From the IMG/VR virus record IMGVR_UViG_3300046058_000046, positions 1 to 46,662 of that record: a stretch of DNA of 46,662 bases; one strand, 5' to 3'. Positions 37,400 to 45,442 of this stretch are shown here, piece after piece. Under the pieces are notes generated by a model. It saw only the letters and a program-made list of their open reading frames with translations. It was not told the origin of the DNA and did not search any database. Origin of the DNA: a virus (Duplodnaviria; Caudoviricetes). Made by a program: the position numbers and the translations under genes. Numbering within the stretch: the stretch's first letter is position 1; each line of letters opens with the position of its first letter.

Positions 37400-38282
37400 A
37401 GCTGGAGTCTGCTTGCGCTTGGGTCAGGATTGCTTCGAACTTCGTCTGGTCGCCGGAGCTGGTCTTGTTGCGAAGGCTCCCCATCGAGGCGATGTACCCC
37501 TCCCGTAGCCAGTCGCTCTGCGTAAAGAGCCAGTGGATCGCGTACCGGACGTTGCTCCAGTCGTGACAGTCTTGCTCCTCGAGGAGCCGGAAGATGTCCT
37601 GCCAGTTTTTGAGTAGGCCGAGACGGTCCCGATCCGCTTTCCGGCGAACCGCCGACGGCACCCGAAAACTCTCGATGGCCTCCTCGGCTTGGAGGAGGAG
37701 ATCGAGCGACCACTCTGCCGCCTTCCGGTACCGGAGGTGCCGCTCCGACCGGGCCGGGTGGTCGCCGGGTAGCTTCGTGGCACGTCGGCGCGCCAGAGGC
37801 CCGAGGAGCCCGAGTTTAACTCGGCCTCGCCACCAGGGGGGAGCGGTCGAGATTTCGATCTCGACCACACTGTAGGACCCTTCAAGGGGATACCCTTCAA
37901 GGGGATACCCTTTACTTGCCCACCCCTTCTTTTGGGAGGGGTCCTCCCCCGTCTCGTGGGAGGGGTGGTCCCCCTTCTTTTGGGACTCCCTATTTTGGGG
38001 GTCCCCCTTCTTTTGGGAGGGGTCTTTCCACGTCGAAGGGGGGTTAACTTCATGGACGTTCGTGGTCCCTGGCCGCTCGGTGCGCGCCACCATCGAGCGC
38101 TCGATCAGCCCCCTCAGCGCCGCCCGGACGGTCTTTTCGTTCATTTGGGTAGCCTCGGCAATGCGGCCGACTGATTCGGTGCAGTCCCCCCGCCGAGCGA
38201 TGCGGCAAAACACCCGGAACTGGTGGGGCGTGAGGCCTGCGTCGTCGAGGGCAGCTGGAATGAACGGGTCGGGGCAACTCAT
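37284..38282 (-). CDS. Replication initiator (N-terminal HTH, lambda O-like organisation)
   Basis: LTPHQFRVFCRI...SVGRIAEATQMNEKTVRAALRGL HTH followed by an iteron-encoded linker. ATG at 38282. Confidence 0.8.
   Translation of the reverse strand: MSCPDPFIPAALDDAGLTPHQFRVFCRIARRGDCTESVGRIAEATQMNEKTVRAALRGLIERSMVARTERPGTTNVHEVNPPSTWKDPSQKKGDPQNRESQKKGDHPSHETGEDPSQKKGWASKGYPLEGYPLEGSYSVVEIEISTAPPWWRGRVKLGLLGPLARRRATKLPGDHPARSERHLRYRKAAEWSLDLLLQAEEAIESFRVPSAVRRKADRDRLGLLKNWQDIFRLLEEQDCHDWSNVRYAIHWLFTQSDWLREGYIASMGSLRNKTSSGDQTKFEAILTQAQADSSYDGPNDEGQIGRDGRAEFGPAQRFERNRRAARRAVAAG
37877..38024. repeat. Iteron cluster, probable phage replication origin
   Basis: CCCCTTCTTTTGGGA at 37923, 37971 and 38004, degenerate copies at 37947 and 37988, and tandem ACCCTTCAAGGGGAT x2, all inside the initiator gene. 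Confidence 0.75.
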
Positions 38283-38352
38283 CAACGTAGCCGGTAGGAA
38301 GTATCCAGGAGGACGTGAGTGGAGCCTGTCGTTCAGGCCTCCTCGTTCGGGG

Positions 38353-39399
38353 TCAAAACGGCAACTGGTCGTCCGGCTCGAACTCCTCGTTCTGGCGAAG
38401 CATCTCCTCGTCGAGGAGCATCTGGGCCACGGTCTGGACCTGCCCGACTGCCACCCGCGAGAGGTCCTGTAGCTGCAGCGCGCCTGTGACGCGGCCGACG
38501 TAGTTGTCGTCTCGGCCGCAGTAGTCGGCCAGGCCACGCAGCTTGTCCTCGAGAGTCTTGCCGTTGATCTGGACGTCGCGGGCAAGTTCACGCTCGGGGT
38601 GGTTTTCGGCTTTTGCCACGAGCGCGTCAGCGGCCTGCTCTGGAGTCGGCTTGCCTGCATTCTGCGACTGGCCGGACTGGTCGTACAGATCCTCCGACTC
38701 GTGCTGCCCCCGGCCATTTTGGGTCTGGCCGTTCTGCGTGCCGCTGACACTTGGATTGCCGGTCGAGTTGGCGGCCGAGGCCTCCGACGACGACTTTGCC
38801 GGCGCCTTTTCGAAGCGATCCGACCAGGGGTCCGGCTCCAGGCCGATCCATGAGCGAACGGTCTTCACGGCCGTCAGGCAGGCGCCTTCATCGCCCTGGT
38901 CCGGCGTCGAGCTGGGCACCTGCAGGCCCCCGTCGTCGGTGTAGACGTCGATGAACAGCACCTGGTCTTTGTCCGCTGCCCGGGCCCCGATCGTGATCGG
39001 GCGCCGAGAAGCGTTCGCTAAAGCCTCCTTGCCGGCCTCTAGCAGGCCGGCCACCAGCCCCCGGCCGCTGGTTGCGCACAAGGATGTCTCGATCTCGTAG
39101 GTCACCCGGCCGCAGCCCAGCTGCACGCGCACCTTCGTGGCCCCTCCCTCGGGGGAGGACTTCTCGTAGACGAAGATGCCCGAGAGAACGCCGCGGACGG
39201 CCGGCTCCTCGACGGGAATGGGTCTCTCCCGCTGCGGGTCCCAGCGGTACCAGCAGCACCCGTCGGGGGCCTTCGTGCGGTTGGCAAAGATCACGCGGCG
39301 GCCCGGCGGGTCGCTCACCAGGCCCATCGCGCCCCGCTCGGCCGACTGGACGAGCCGGCGCAGAAGCTGGTTGGTATCGCTTAGCGTTGGATCACTCAT
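38353..39399 (-). CDS. Putative ssDNA-binding/recombination protein with SSB-type tail
   Basis: Beta-rich N-domain, low-complexity linker, ends EEFEPDDQLPF. ATG at 39399. Confidence 0.6.
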   Translation of the reverse strand: MSDPTLSDTNQLLRRLVQSAERGAMGLVSDPPGRRVIFANRTKAPDGCCWYRWDPQRERPIPVEEPAVRGVLSGIFVYEKSSPEGGATKVRVQLGCGRVTYEIETSLCATSGRGLVAGLLEAGKEALANASRRPITIGARAADKDQVLFIDVYTDDGGLQVPSSTPDQGDEGACLTAVKTVRSWIGLEPDPWSDRFEKAPAKSSSEASAANSTGNPSVSGTQNGQTQNGRGQHESEDLYDQSGQSQNAGKPTPEQAADALVAKAENHPERELARDVQINGKTLEDKLRGLADYCGRDDNYVGRVTGALQLQDLSRVAVGQVQTVAQMLLDEEMLRQNEEFEPDDQLPF

Positions 39400-39508
39400 G
39401 GCTGAAAAGCGTGTCTGTGAGCAAAGAAAGTGAATGCCAACGCCTGCACCCATGCTCGAGGATCCTCGCAGGCGTTTCGCGGTCTCTCTCGCCGCTCATC
39501 AGGGCTCA

Positions 39509-39700
39509 TCAGGTTCTCTTGCGAGTGGGCTCGTAAGGGTCCTCACAGTCAGCGGTGCGCACATGCTTCCCGCGGAAGACATGGCAATTGCACCGCGTCT
39601 GTCTGCGCCTCTTTCGGCGCGACGGCACAGCGACTTTGGTATCGGCGGTCGAAGGGTCTCCAGCGTTTCCGACGACCGTGATAATCTTGCATCTGTTCAT
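39509..39700 (-). CDS. Small ORF, possibly a degenerate SSB N-terminal fragment
   Basis: MNRCKIITVVGNAGDPSTADTKVA loosely resembles the SSB start MNKVILVGNLGxDP. Confidence 0.3.
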   Translation of the reverse strand: MNRCKIITVVGNAGDPSTADTKVAVPSRRKRRRQTRCNCHVFRGKHVRTADCEDPYEPTRKRT

Positions 39701-39837
39701 GGGTCTGAAGGGAGGAGCGTGAAAGGAGCTAGTGATACTTGGCGCCAATGCGGTGGTATCGAGCGACGCTGGGGAGAACATGCGCCTGCCCGGCATTTCG
39801 CCCCGACCACAGGCGATGCTCATCAGGGCTACTGTCG

Positions 39838-40152
39838 TCATCGCGCATCACCCCCTTCAAGAACCCTCTCGGCGGTGACGTGGACGTCGTGCAGCTCTCG
39901 GCCCGCGTCGGTCTGGAGCGCAAGGCTGAGGTGCCGGAGCGGGCTCTTGACGTGCTCCCCAGCCATCACGCGGCCGGTGAGCCCGTGCCGGCGGGCCCAC
40001 GTCCCGAAGGCGTCGTAGGCATTCGCCTCGCGCTCGTAGTGCAGCGTCGTCGTAAGCGAGCTGTGGATCACGTACTGCGTCTCGGCGCTCCGGGCGTCGG
40101 GGTGCTCGCGCGGCCGGTCGCCGGGAGCATCGTCATAGGCGGGGTGGCTCAT
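39838..40152 (-). CDS. Hypothetical protein
   Basis: ATGA overlap with the upstream gene. Confidence 0.6.
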   Translation of the reverse strand: MSHPAYDDAPGDRPREHPDARSAETQYVIHSSLTTTLHYEREANAYDAFGTWARRHGLTGRVMAGEHVKSPLRHLSLALQTDAGRELHDVHVTAERVLEGGDAR

Positions 40153-40613
40153 CGGCTCGTCACCTCCCCGGCGAAGGGTGAATTTTGCGTTCTGTCTTCC
40201 GACTCGAGGCGGGCGGTCGCCCTCTCGAGAGCCTGGCAGATCTCTTCGTCCGGGCCCTCACCTTCGTCCCAGGCCGAGAGCACCATCTCCTGCATCCAGG
40301 CCGGAACGCTGATCGGCTGAGACTCCTGGACGTAGACGGCCTGCCACGTCTCGAGGCCGACCGCGTCCTCGCCCGACCGGTAGCCGTGGCGAGTCCAAAT
40401 GGAGAAGCGATAGGCCGAGCGGGGCCGCTCGACGACGAAGGCGATCTCTGCTTCCTCCCCCGCCAGGCGCGGCGACGGATTGTAGAGGAGCCGAAACCCG
40501 GCCGTGCGCTGCTCCTCGCCTTGATGGGTCATGACGAGCTGATTTTTTGATCGTGGGGTGATCCCGGGACCGGGCGCCGCGGGAACACCATGAGGGGATC
40601 GAGTCGTTTCCAT
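40149..40613 (-). CDS. Hypothetical protein
   Basis: ATG at 40613 (alternative downstream ATG possible); normal codon usage. Confidence 0.6.
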   Translation of the reverse strand: METTRSPHGVPAAPGPGITPRSKNQLVMTHQGEEQRTAGFRLLYNPSPRLAGEEAEIAFVVERPRSAYRFSIWTRHGYRSGEDAVGLETWQAVYVQESQPISVPAWMQEMVLSAWDEGEGPDEEICQALERATARLESEDRTQNSPFAGEVTSR

Positions 40614-40748
40614 AACGGTTATTTGGTTGTGACCAGGCCTCCGCTGTCTCAGCAGCGGGGGCATTTCTGTAGCTGTCGCTACGAGCCCAGAGCCGGGTCG
40701 GGTGAAAAGTGTGCACCAGCTGTCGCTTTTCGGTGCGCGAGGGTGTCG

Positions 40749-40830
40749 AGCGGGCGGCAGGATTCGAACCTGCGTCCCTCCGTTGGTGCCCTAGGACACG
40801 GAGTACATGAAACCGCTCTGCTACGCCCGC
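40749..40830 (-). tRNA. tRNA-Gly-like RNA with enlarged (16-nt) anticodon loop, no encoded CCA
   Basis: Acceptor stem GCGGGCG/CGCCCGC plus U73, D arm, stem CTCCG/CGGAG, 4-nt variable loop, T arm GCAGG-TTCGAAT-CCTGC. Confidence 0.8.
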
Positions 40831-40837
40831 TGAGGTG

Positions 40838-41023
40838 CTACAGGGTCTTGTCAGTGCCGACGGCACGCTCTACTGAGGCCGATGTCACATCACTGCGGTT
40901 TTCCAACGTATCGGCCACGCTCTGGGCATAAGCTTCGTCCTCGTAGTAGACCGACCCTTGATTTCCAGAAGGCTTGATGTAGCGCGTGTCTGATCCCCGT
41001 TTCTGATAGACTACCTTAAACAT
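40838..41023 (-). CDS. Small hypothetical protein
   Basis: ATG ORF ending 7 nt before the tRNA-like RNA. Confidence 0.55.
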   Translation of the reverse strand: MFKVVYQKRGSDTRYIKPSGNQGSVYYEDEAYAQSVADTLENRSDVTSASVERAVGTDKTL

Positions 41024-41163
41024 GGGGTTTGACGTTTAGTGAAAGATCTACGGAGTGCTTCTGCTCGGAGTCGCGGCCACGCCTCGGCACCGAGGCTGCG
41101 TCCAAGGTGGCCGTGATATTTTGAGGTCAATCATAGCCAAATCAGGGTTGTGAATGGGAGTGA

Positions 41164-41655
41164 TTACTTCCGGGCCTTCACCGCATCGAGCACCTGGTAT
41201 CCCGAAATCCAGCCTGCGGCCAGGCCCTCCTCGTAGTGCTGGATCGAGGCTTCCGTGACGTAGCTCCTCCCGCCCACCTTGATCGCCCGCAGCACGCAGT
41301 CTTCGTCCGAGGTCAGGCGCTGAACGACGCGCCGACTCGGGGCCCGATCGGCCTCCCGCGCAATGCGCTCTTCGGAGAGGTCCGTCGGGCGATGGCCCGT
41401 TACCAGCCGAATGCCGACGTCGCAGAAGCGCACTTCCGTTTCGCCGGTCTCCAGCGTCCGCTCGGTCATCGAATACTTGTGCTGCTTCGGAATCGTCGGA
41501 GACTGCTGCCGGAGCATCTGCTTGACCGTGGCAAGATCGTCCTCGAGGGTTTCGAGGGTCGACTGGCGCACCAGGACAACGTCCTCCGCCGGGGCCTCTG
41601 ATGGTCCGCCATCCCGACGAGGAGCCTCCCCGCTATGTGGGCTCAGGTCCTCCAT
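41164..41655 (-). CDS. DNA-binding protein with excisionase-like C-terminus
   Basis: LRAIKVGGRSYVTEASIQHY resembles the Xis/HTH_17 wing; second gene of the lytic operon. Confidence 0.5.
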   Translation of the reverse strand: MEDLSPHSGEAPRRDGGPSEAPAEDVVLVRQSTLETLEDDLATVKQMLRQQSPTIPKQHKYSMTERTLETGETEVRFCDVGIRLVTGHRPTDLSEERIAREADRAPSRRVVQRLTSDEDCVLRAIKVGGRSYVTEASIQHYEEGLAAGWISGYQVLDAVKARK

Positions 41656-41700
41656 TGCGCCCTCAGAGACAGGTACGCGTTTGCGCGCGAACGATCGGAG

Positions 41701-41988
41701 TTACGCCTCGTCATCGAGGCGGTCGATCATGAAGCGCATGTCCTCGACGTAAGAGCGCATGAGTTCCTCCATCGCTTCCGCGTACTGCTCCGGCGGTACC
41801 AGCTTCCGATTGAGGGCCTTGCTCAGCGTGTAATCCTTCAGGTCGTGTTGATCGCAGAACTCGCACTGCGACCATCCCACCGCACTCAGCGCCGCCCGAA
41901 AAAGGTTGATCTGCTCCTCGGAAAGCAGTTCGTGGATGGAGATCGACAGAACGTCAGAGTCGGCCATGGTTGTCATTGTGCTTGACAT
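41701..41988 (-). CDS. cro: Cro-like repressor
   Basis: FRAALSAVGWSQCEFC...TLSKALNR HTH; divergent from cI. Confidence 0.7.
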   Translation of the reverse strand: MSSTMTTMADSDVLSISIHELLSEEQINLFRAALSAVGWSQCEFCDQHDLKDYTLSKALNRKLVPPEQYAEAMEELMRSYVEDMRFMIDRLDDEA

Positions 41989-42036
41989 GCAATAGATTTG
42001 GGCAATCCAGTTGACAAGTGAACCGTCCTCAGTGCA

Positions 42037-42065
42037 ACGATAAACAAAACGTTGCCCAATGTCAA
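42037..42065 (-). promoter_or_regulatory. Sigma70-type lytic promoter
   Basis: TTGACA (42065-42060), 17-bp spacer, TATCGT (42042-42037) on the minus strand. Confidence 0.65.
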
Positions 42066-42883
42066 GCGTTAATTTATCTGATCGGTTACGTGCGGCCCGA
42101 AAACACGCACGGTTGACTCAGGCGCAGCTTGGGGAGGAGCTCGGACAGTCCAAACAGTCCGTCTCCGGCTATGAGACCGGACGAACGGAACCGAGCAGGG
42201 AGAAGCTGCAGCAGATCGCCGAGTTGACAGAAGTCAACAAATCGTGGTTGTTCACAGGCGAGGGAGACATGACGGCTCCTAAATCCGTCGCGGACGGGGG
42301 GCGCGAGTACGAGGTGGGGCCCGATGCAATTGAGTTGAAGGTCTTCCGGGACATCCGTCCGTCGGCGGGCAACGGGAAAGTGACCTACGAGGTCGAGGAG
42401 TTAAATCCAGATACCCTCGTGCAGTCGAAACGGTTGTTTCGAGACCTACTCGGCTTTTACCCTCCCAAGGACATGCGGGGGATCTATATCGACGGGGATA
42501 GCATGGCCACCACCGAGGGCCCGTACGAGGATGGCCAGCTCGTCCTGTACCGCCCGGTGGAGCAGCTGCAGGGCGGAGAGCGATATCTCCTTCTCGTTGA
42601 AGACGTGTCTACGGGAGATTGGCGACTCCTTTTTAAGCGTGTGCAGGTCTACGCTGGCGGCGGCATCAAGATCATTTCAGACAACAAGGCGGCCGGTCTC
42701 GAAGATGAAACCTTGCTTCCCAATGACGAGGGACAGCTCGTTCACCAAACCACGGGCGTACCCGTTCACATGCGTACTGTTGGCCGCGTCCTCTGGCCCG
42801 ATCCCAACCAGGCCGCTGACGAGGTGACCGTCATCACCCGCACGATCGAACGACTCGTCAATATGGGCATGATATCCTCCTAG
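42059..42883 (+). CDS. cI: CI-like repressor, XRE HTH plus S24 autopeptidase
   Basis: LTQAQLGEELGQSKQSVSGYETG HTH; SAG cleavage site; GDSM catalytic Ser; FKRV catalytic Lys. Confidence 0.92.
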   Translation: MSSVNLSDRLRAARKHARLTQAQLGEELGQSKQSVSGYETGRTEPSREKLQQIAELTEVNKSWLFTGEGDMTAPKSVADGGREYEVGPDAIELKVFRDIRPSAGNGKVTYEVEELNPDTLVQSKRLFRDLLGFYPPKDMRGIYIDGDSMATTEGPYEDGQLVLYRPVEQLQGGERYLLLVEDVSTGDWRLLFKRVQVYAGGGIKIISDNKAAGLEDETLLPNDEGQLVHQTTGVPVHMRTVGRVLWPDPNQAADEVTVITRTIERLVNMGMISS

Positions 42884-42887
42884 TCCA

Positions 42888-43193
42888 ATGCATGCACGCA
42901 AAAACCCTATTTTGGTGTCAATCCTAGCCCTTTCTCTTTTGGTGCTTGCATGGATGCACAGATATGAGTACTACACCGGAAGTGGAGTTCGACTGGTTCG
43001 GGTGGATAGGATCACAGGTGAGGCAAAGGTGCTTCAGAATTATCAAGAAACTGCAGGTGATGCACCTCAACCCTTCTGGATAACTGTCAAAGATAGGCCT
43101 CCAGATGGTGTTGAAATACCCAGCTCTAACTTAAATCATGGCAACCCAAAAGATAGAATTGATAAATACTTGAATAACCTCCCTGAACCATGA
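42888..43193 (+). CDS. Low-GC membrane-anchored moron protein (superinfection exclusion candidate)
   Basis: N-terminal TM, RYEY...RVDRITGEA domain, C-terminal NPKDRIDKYLNNL; positioned to be co-transcribed with cI. Confidence 0.75.
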   Translation: MHARKNPILVSILALSLLVLAWMHRYEYYTGSGVRLVRVDRITGEAKVLQNYQETAGDAPQPFWITVKDRPPDGVEIPSSNLNHGNPKDRIDKYLNNLPEP

Positions 43194-43297
43194 TTTACTT
43201 TCGATTACTTACCTTATTTATTGGCTTGTCTTTTTGTCTTTTCTTAAGTGGCTGCCAGTCTTCATCACGGTCGAACGACTCGTCAATATGGGCATGA
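43190..43297 (+). pseudogene. Short or truncated lipoprotein (35 aa)
   Basis: MIYFRLLTLFIGLSFCLFLSGCQSSS... with an LSGC lipobox and ATGA overlap; runs out of frame into the cI-end repeat. Below the ORF-track cutoff. Confidence 0.6.
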
Positions 43298-43332
43298 TCT
43301 CCAGCTAATGGGCATATTCCCCCCGTAACACT

Positions 43333-43743
43333 ATGGTTAACAAGGTTTTACGATGGATTCTTGCAATACCTGCAGGACTCCTGATCTCCACAGCAACCTA
43401 TGTCGGGATTCGTTACGGATGGACATTCTTTAATTTTCTTCTACCTGAAACCATAGGATACATTTTTGAAATTGCAGGGCGATGGATTGGGGCTTCTGGA
43501 GCTGTTGCTGGAGCCCTCGGAGCATCAGCTGCAGTTGCTCCCTCCGAAGAATACCAATATGTCCCACCTGTCTTCTTCGCTCTTATTGCCGGTGTCGGTT
43601 TCGGCACTCAGATTTTTGATCCAGATGGTTTTGTACGCCTGGTTGAATATGCAATTTGCTTCGTGGGCTCAGTCGTCGGCGCCATTGAACTGAAAAAAGA
43701 GGCTGACGAACGATCTAAGATTCTCTCAGAACGAATGCAGTGA
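43333..43743 (+). CDS. Low-GC four-TM membrane moron protein
   Basis: Four hydrophobic segments, AT-rich codons, between cI and integrase. Confidence 0.75.
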   Translation: MVNKVLRWILAIPAGLLISTATYVGIRYGWTFFNFLLPETIGYIFEIAGRWIGASGAVAGALGASAAVAPSEEYQYVPPVFFALIAGVGFGTQIFDPDGFVRLVEYAICFVGSVVGAIELKKEADERSKILSERMQ

Positions 43744-43747
43744 AGGG

Positions 43748-45097
43748 ATGTCACGTCGCAACGCGAGCTTCAACCTCTTTCAGCGAGACAGCGGTCGCTG
43801 GTACGCCCTCATCTATGACCCGAGTCGGCACCCCAACCAGATCCAGCGCACGCTCCGAACGACTGAAAAGAGCGTCGCCCGAAAAAAGCTCGTCGATTGG
43901 GAGCGAGCCTATGCCGACGGCACCTTCGACCCGTGGACGGACAACCAGAGCAAGGACCTCACCGTCCACGAGGCGCTCGGGCGGTACAAGAACGCCCGCG
44001 AAGAAGCTGGCGACTCTGAGCACACCCTTCGAACGCGCGGCTCCCGCCTTGACCAGTTTGCCGAGTGGGTTCAGGAAGGTCTCCCCCTGAAGGCATTAGA
44101 CGCCGAGCAGATTAATGCCTTCATGGGCCAGATCCCCGGTCGCTTCAATGACGAGCCCTCGATTCATACCCTCGAAACCTACTACAACACCCTCTCGGGC
44201 TTCTTCTCCTGGTGCGCAGAGCAAGGCCACATCGGGGAGAGCCCCATGAAGAGCCTGTCCCGACCGCGGGCCCCGTCAGACAGCTTCACCGTGCTCGACG
44301 TCTCCCAGCTGCAAGAGATACGCCGCGTTATCATTGCCGAGACCACGCCCAACCCGCCGGGGCAAAATGCCAACCGGAAGCGTCTGCGCCGCTTCATGCT
44401 GGGCCTGGCCGACGTGGCCGTCGCGTCCATGATGCGGATCGGGGAACTTTGCTCCATTCGTTGGAGCCAGGTGCGCCTCCAGAGCACTGAAGAAATGACT
44501 GCCTACGTCCGCGTGGAAAATTACACCGAGGACGAGGTCGAAGACGGATGCGACGGCTTCACCGCCAAGACCCGCACGTCAACGAACCGTTCGATCTTCC
44601 TCCCTCCTCGAGGGGCCTACGTCTTCTACAAGCTCTACGAGCGCTACAAAGAAGACAATGACGAACCGCCCCCCTTCGATCGAATCGTCTTCCGGTCCGC
44701 CATGGGAAAACCGCTTATCCCCCAGACCGCCTCGAAGCTCTGGGCCCACTACGTCGGCGAGGCCAATGTCGGCCGCCGCGTCCGCTTTCATGACCTGCGG
44801 CACACCGGGATCTCTTGGGCCCTGAACGACCTCGGCATGCCCGTGAGCCACGTTCAGGAAATGGCCGGCCACGCTACGGCCGACCGCACCTTAAGCTACA
44901 AAATCAGCGGCGAGCGCTCGATGCGCGACGCCTACCGGCGCGTCAGCGGCCGAGCCCCGACCGGAGAAACACCCACCCACGAAGAGGTGACTCAATTTTT
45001 GTGGATGGACGGCGACTGGAAAGACGATCTCAAGCGTTCCCTTCGCTTCACCCCCACCTACACGAGCAGGTCCAAAAAGGAAATGCAATCGGGCTGA
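43748..45097 (+). CDS. int: Tyrosine integrase
   Basis: MRIGEL (R), AKT (K), HDLRH, AGH and TLSY catalytic motifs; N-terminal arm-binding and SAM-like regions. Confidence 0.95.
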   Translation: MSRRNASFNLFQRDSGRWYALIYDPSRHPNQIQRTLRTTEKSVARKKLVDWERAYADGTFDPWTDNQSKDLTVHEALGRYKNAREEAGDSEHTLRTRGSRLDQFAEWVQEGLPLKALDAEQINAFMGQIPGRFNDEPSIHTLETYYNTLSGFFSWCAEQGHIGESPMKSLSRPRAPSDSFTVLDVSQLQEIRRVIIAETTPNPPGQNANRKRLRRFMLGLADVAVASMMRIGELCSIRWSQVRLQSTEEMTAYVRVENYTEDEVEDGCDGFTAKTRTSTNRSIFLPPRGAYVFYKLYERYKEDNDEPPPFDRIVFRSAMGKPLIPQTASKLWAHYVGEANVGRRVRFHDLRHTGISWALNDLGMPVSHVQEMAGHATADRTLSYKISGERSMRDAYRRVSGRAPTGETPTHEEVTQFLWMDGDWKDDLKRSLRFTPTYTSRSKKEMQSG

Positions 45098-45260
45098 TGA
45101 CCGATTGCTGCGCGCAACGTGGCTTCAATAATTGGCGGCCACACCTGGCATGACGTGACCACATTTGACACAGAGATCTCCAGTCTGATCAAGCCCAGCC
45201 GCCTCAGAGGCCCATTTTCGGGGATCAAACGGCCCTTCGCTCGATTCCAAAACCCTCTAT

Positions 45261-45314
45261 GTCGACTATTCCGGACAGCTCCAGAAGGCGCAGATGGACT
45301 CGGTCGAAGACTAA
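45261..45314 (+). repeat. attR core, 54-bp direct repeat
   Basis: Identical to 2-55. Confidence 0.95.
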
Positions 45315-45348
45315 CTCAAATCTGTACCAACAAAGGAGGTCTTCACCC

Positions 45349-45389
45349 AAACGGGTGGTGATGTGTGTGCAACATCACCACCCGTTTTT
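45349..45389. terminator. Bidirectional host terminator
   Basis: AAACGGGTGGTGATGT / ACATCACCACCCGTTT perfect 16-bp stem with T-runs on both strands. Confidence 0.8.
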
Positions 45390-45442
45390 GAATGAATCCG
45401 GTCTCCGCCAGAGGTAAAGAGCGGAGACGACGCTGCACCCAT

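Larger units (their letters stand above)
42841..43308 (+). repeat. Duplicated cI 3' end flanking a moron cassette
   Basis: 42841-42873 matches 43266-43298 at 32/33 nt; both copies end ERLVNMGMISS-stop with different codons. Confidence 0.85.
2..45314. mobile_element. Integrated temperate prophage, apparently complete, podovirus-like
   Basis: Identical 54-bp terminal direct repeats, with the integrase next to the right repeat. Contains cI/cro, replication, terminase, portal, capsid, tail, lysis and ejection modules. No tape measure or sheath gene seen. Confidence 0.95.

Noticed and set aside
37877-38024. Repeats as a mini-CRISPR array
   Set aside because: Units are short, irregularly spaced and in frame within the initiator, which fits iterons.
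38283-38750. N-terminal extension of the 488-aa initiator ORF
   Set aside because: Overlaps the upstream gene in a shadow frame; the HTH begins after ATG 38282.
40780-40803. Amber suppressor (CTA) or tRNA-Trp (CCA) reading of the tRNA-like RNA
   Set aside because: Neither triplet sits in a 7-nt loop with U33, and the acceptor stem has glycine identity.
721-41693. GTTY-N6-GAAC motif as a LexA box or canonical parS
   Set aside because: Half-site order and spacing differ from GAAC-N4-GTTC, the centre differs from parS, and no ParB gene is seen. Kept as an unknown motif.
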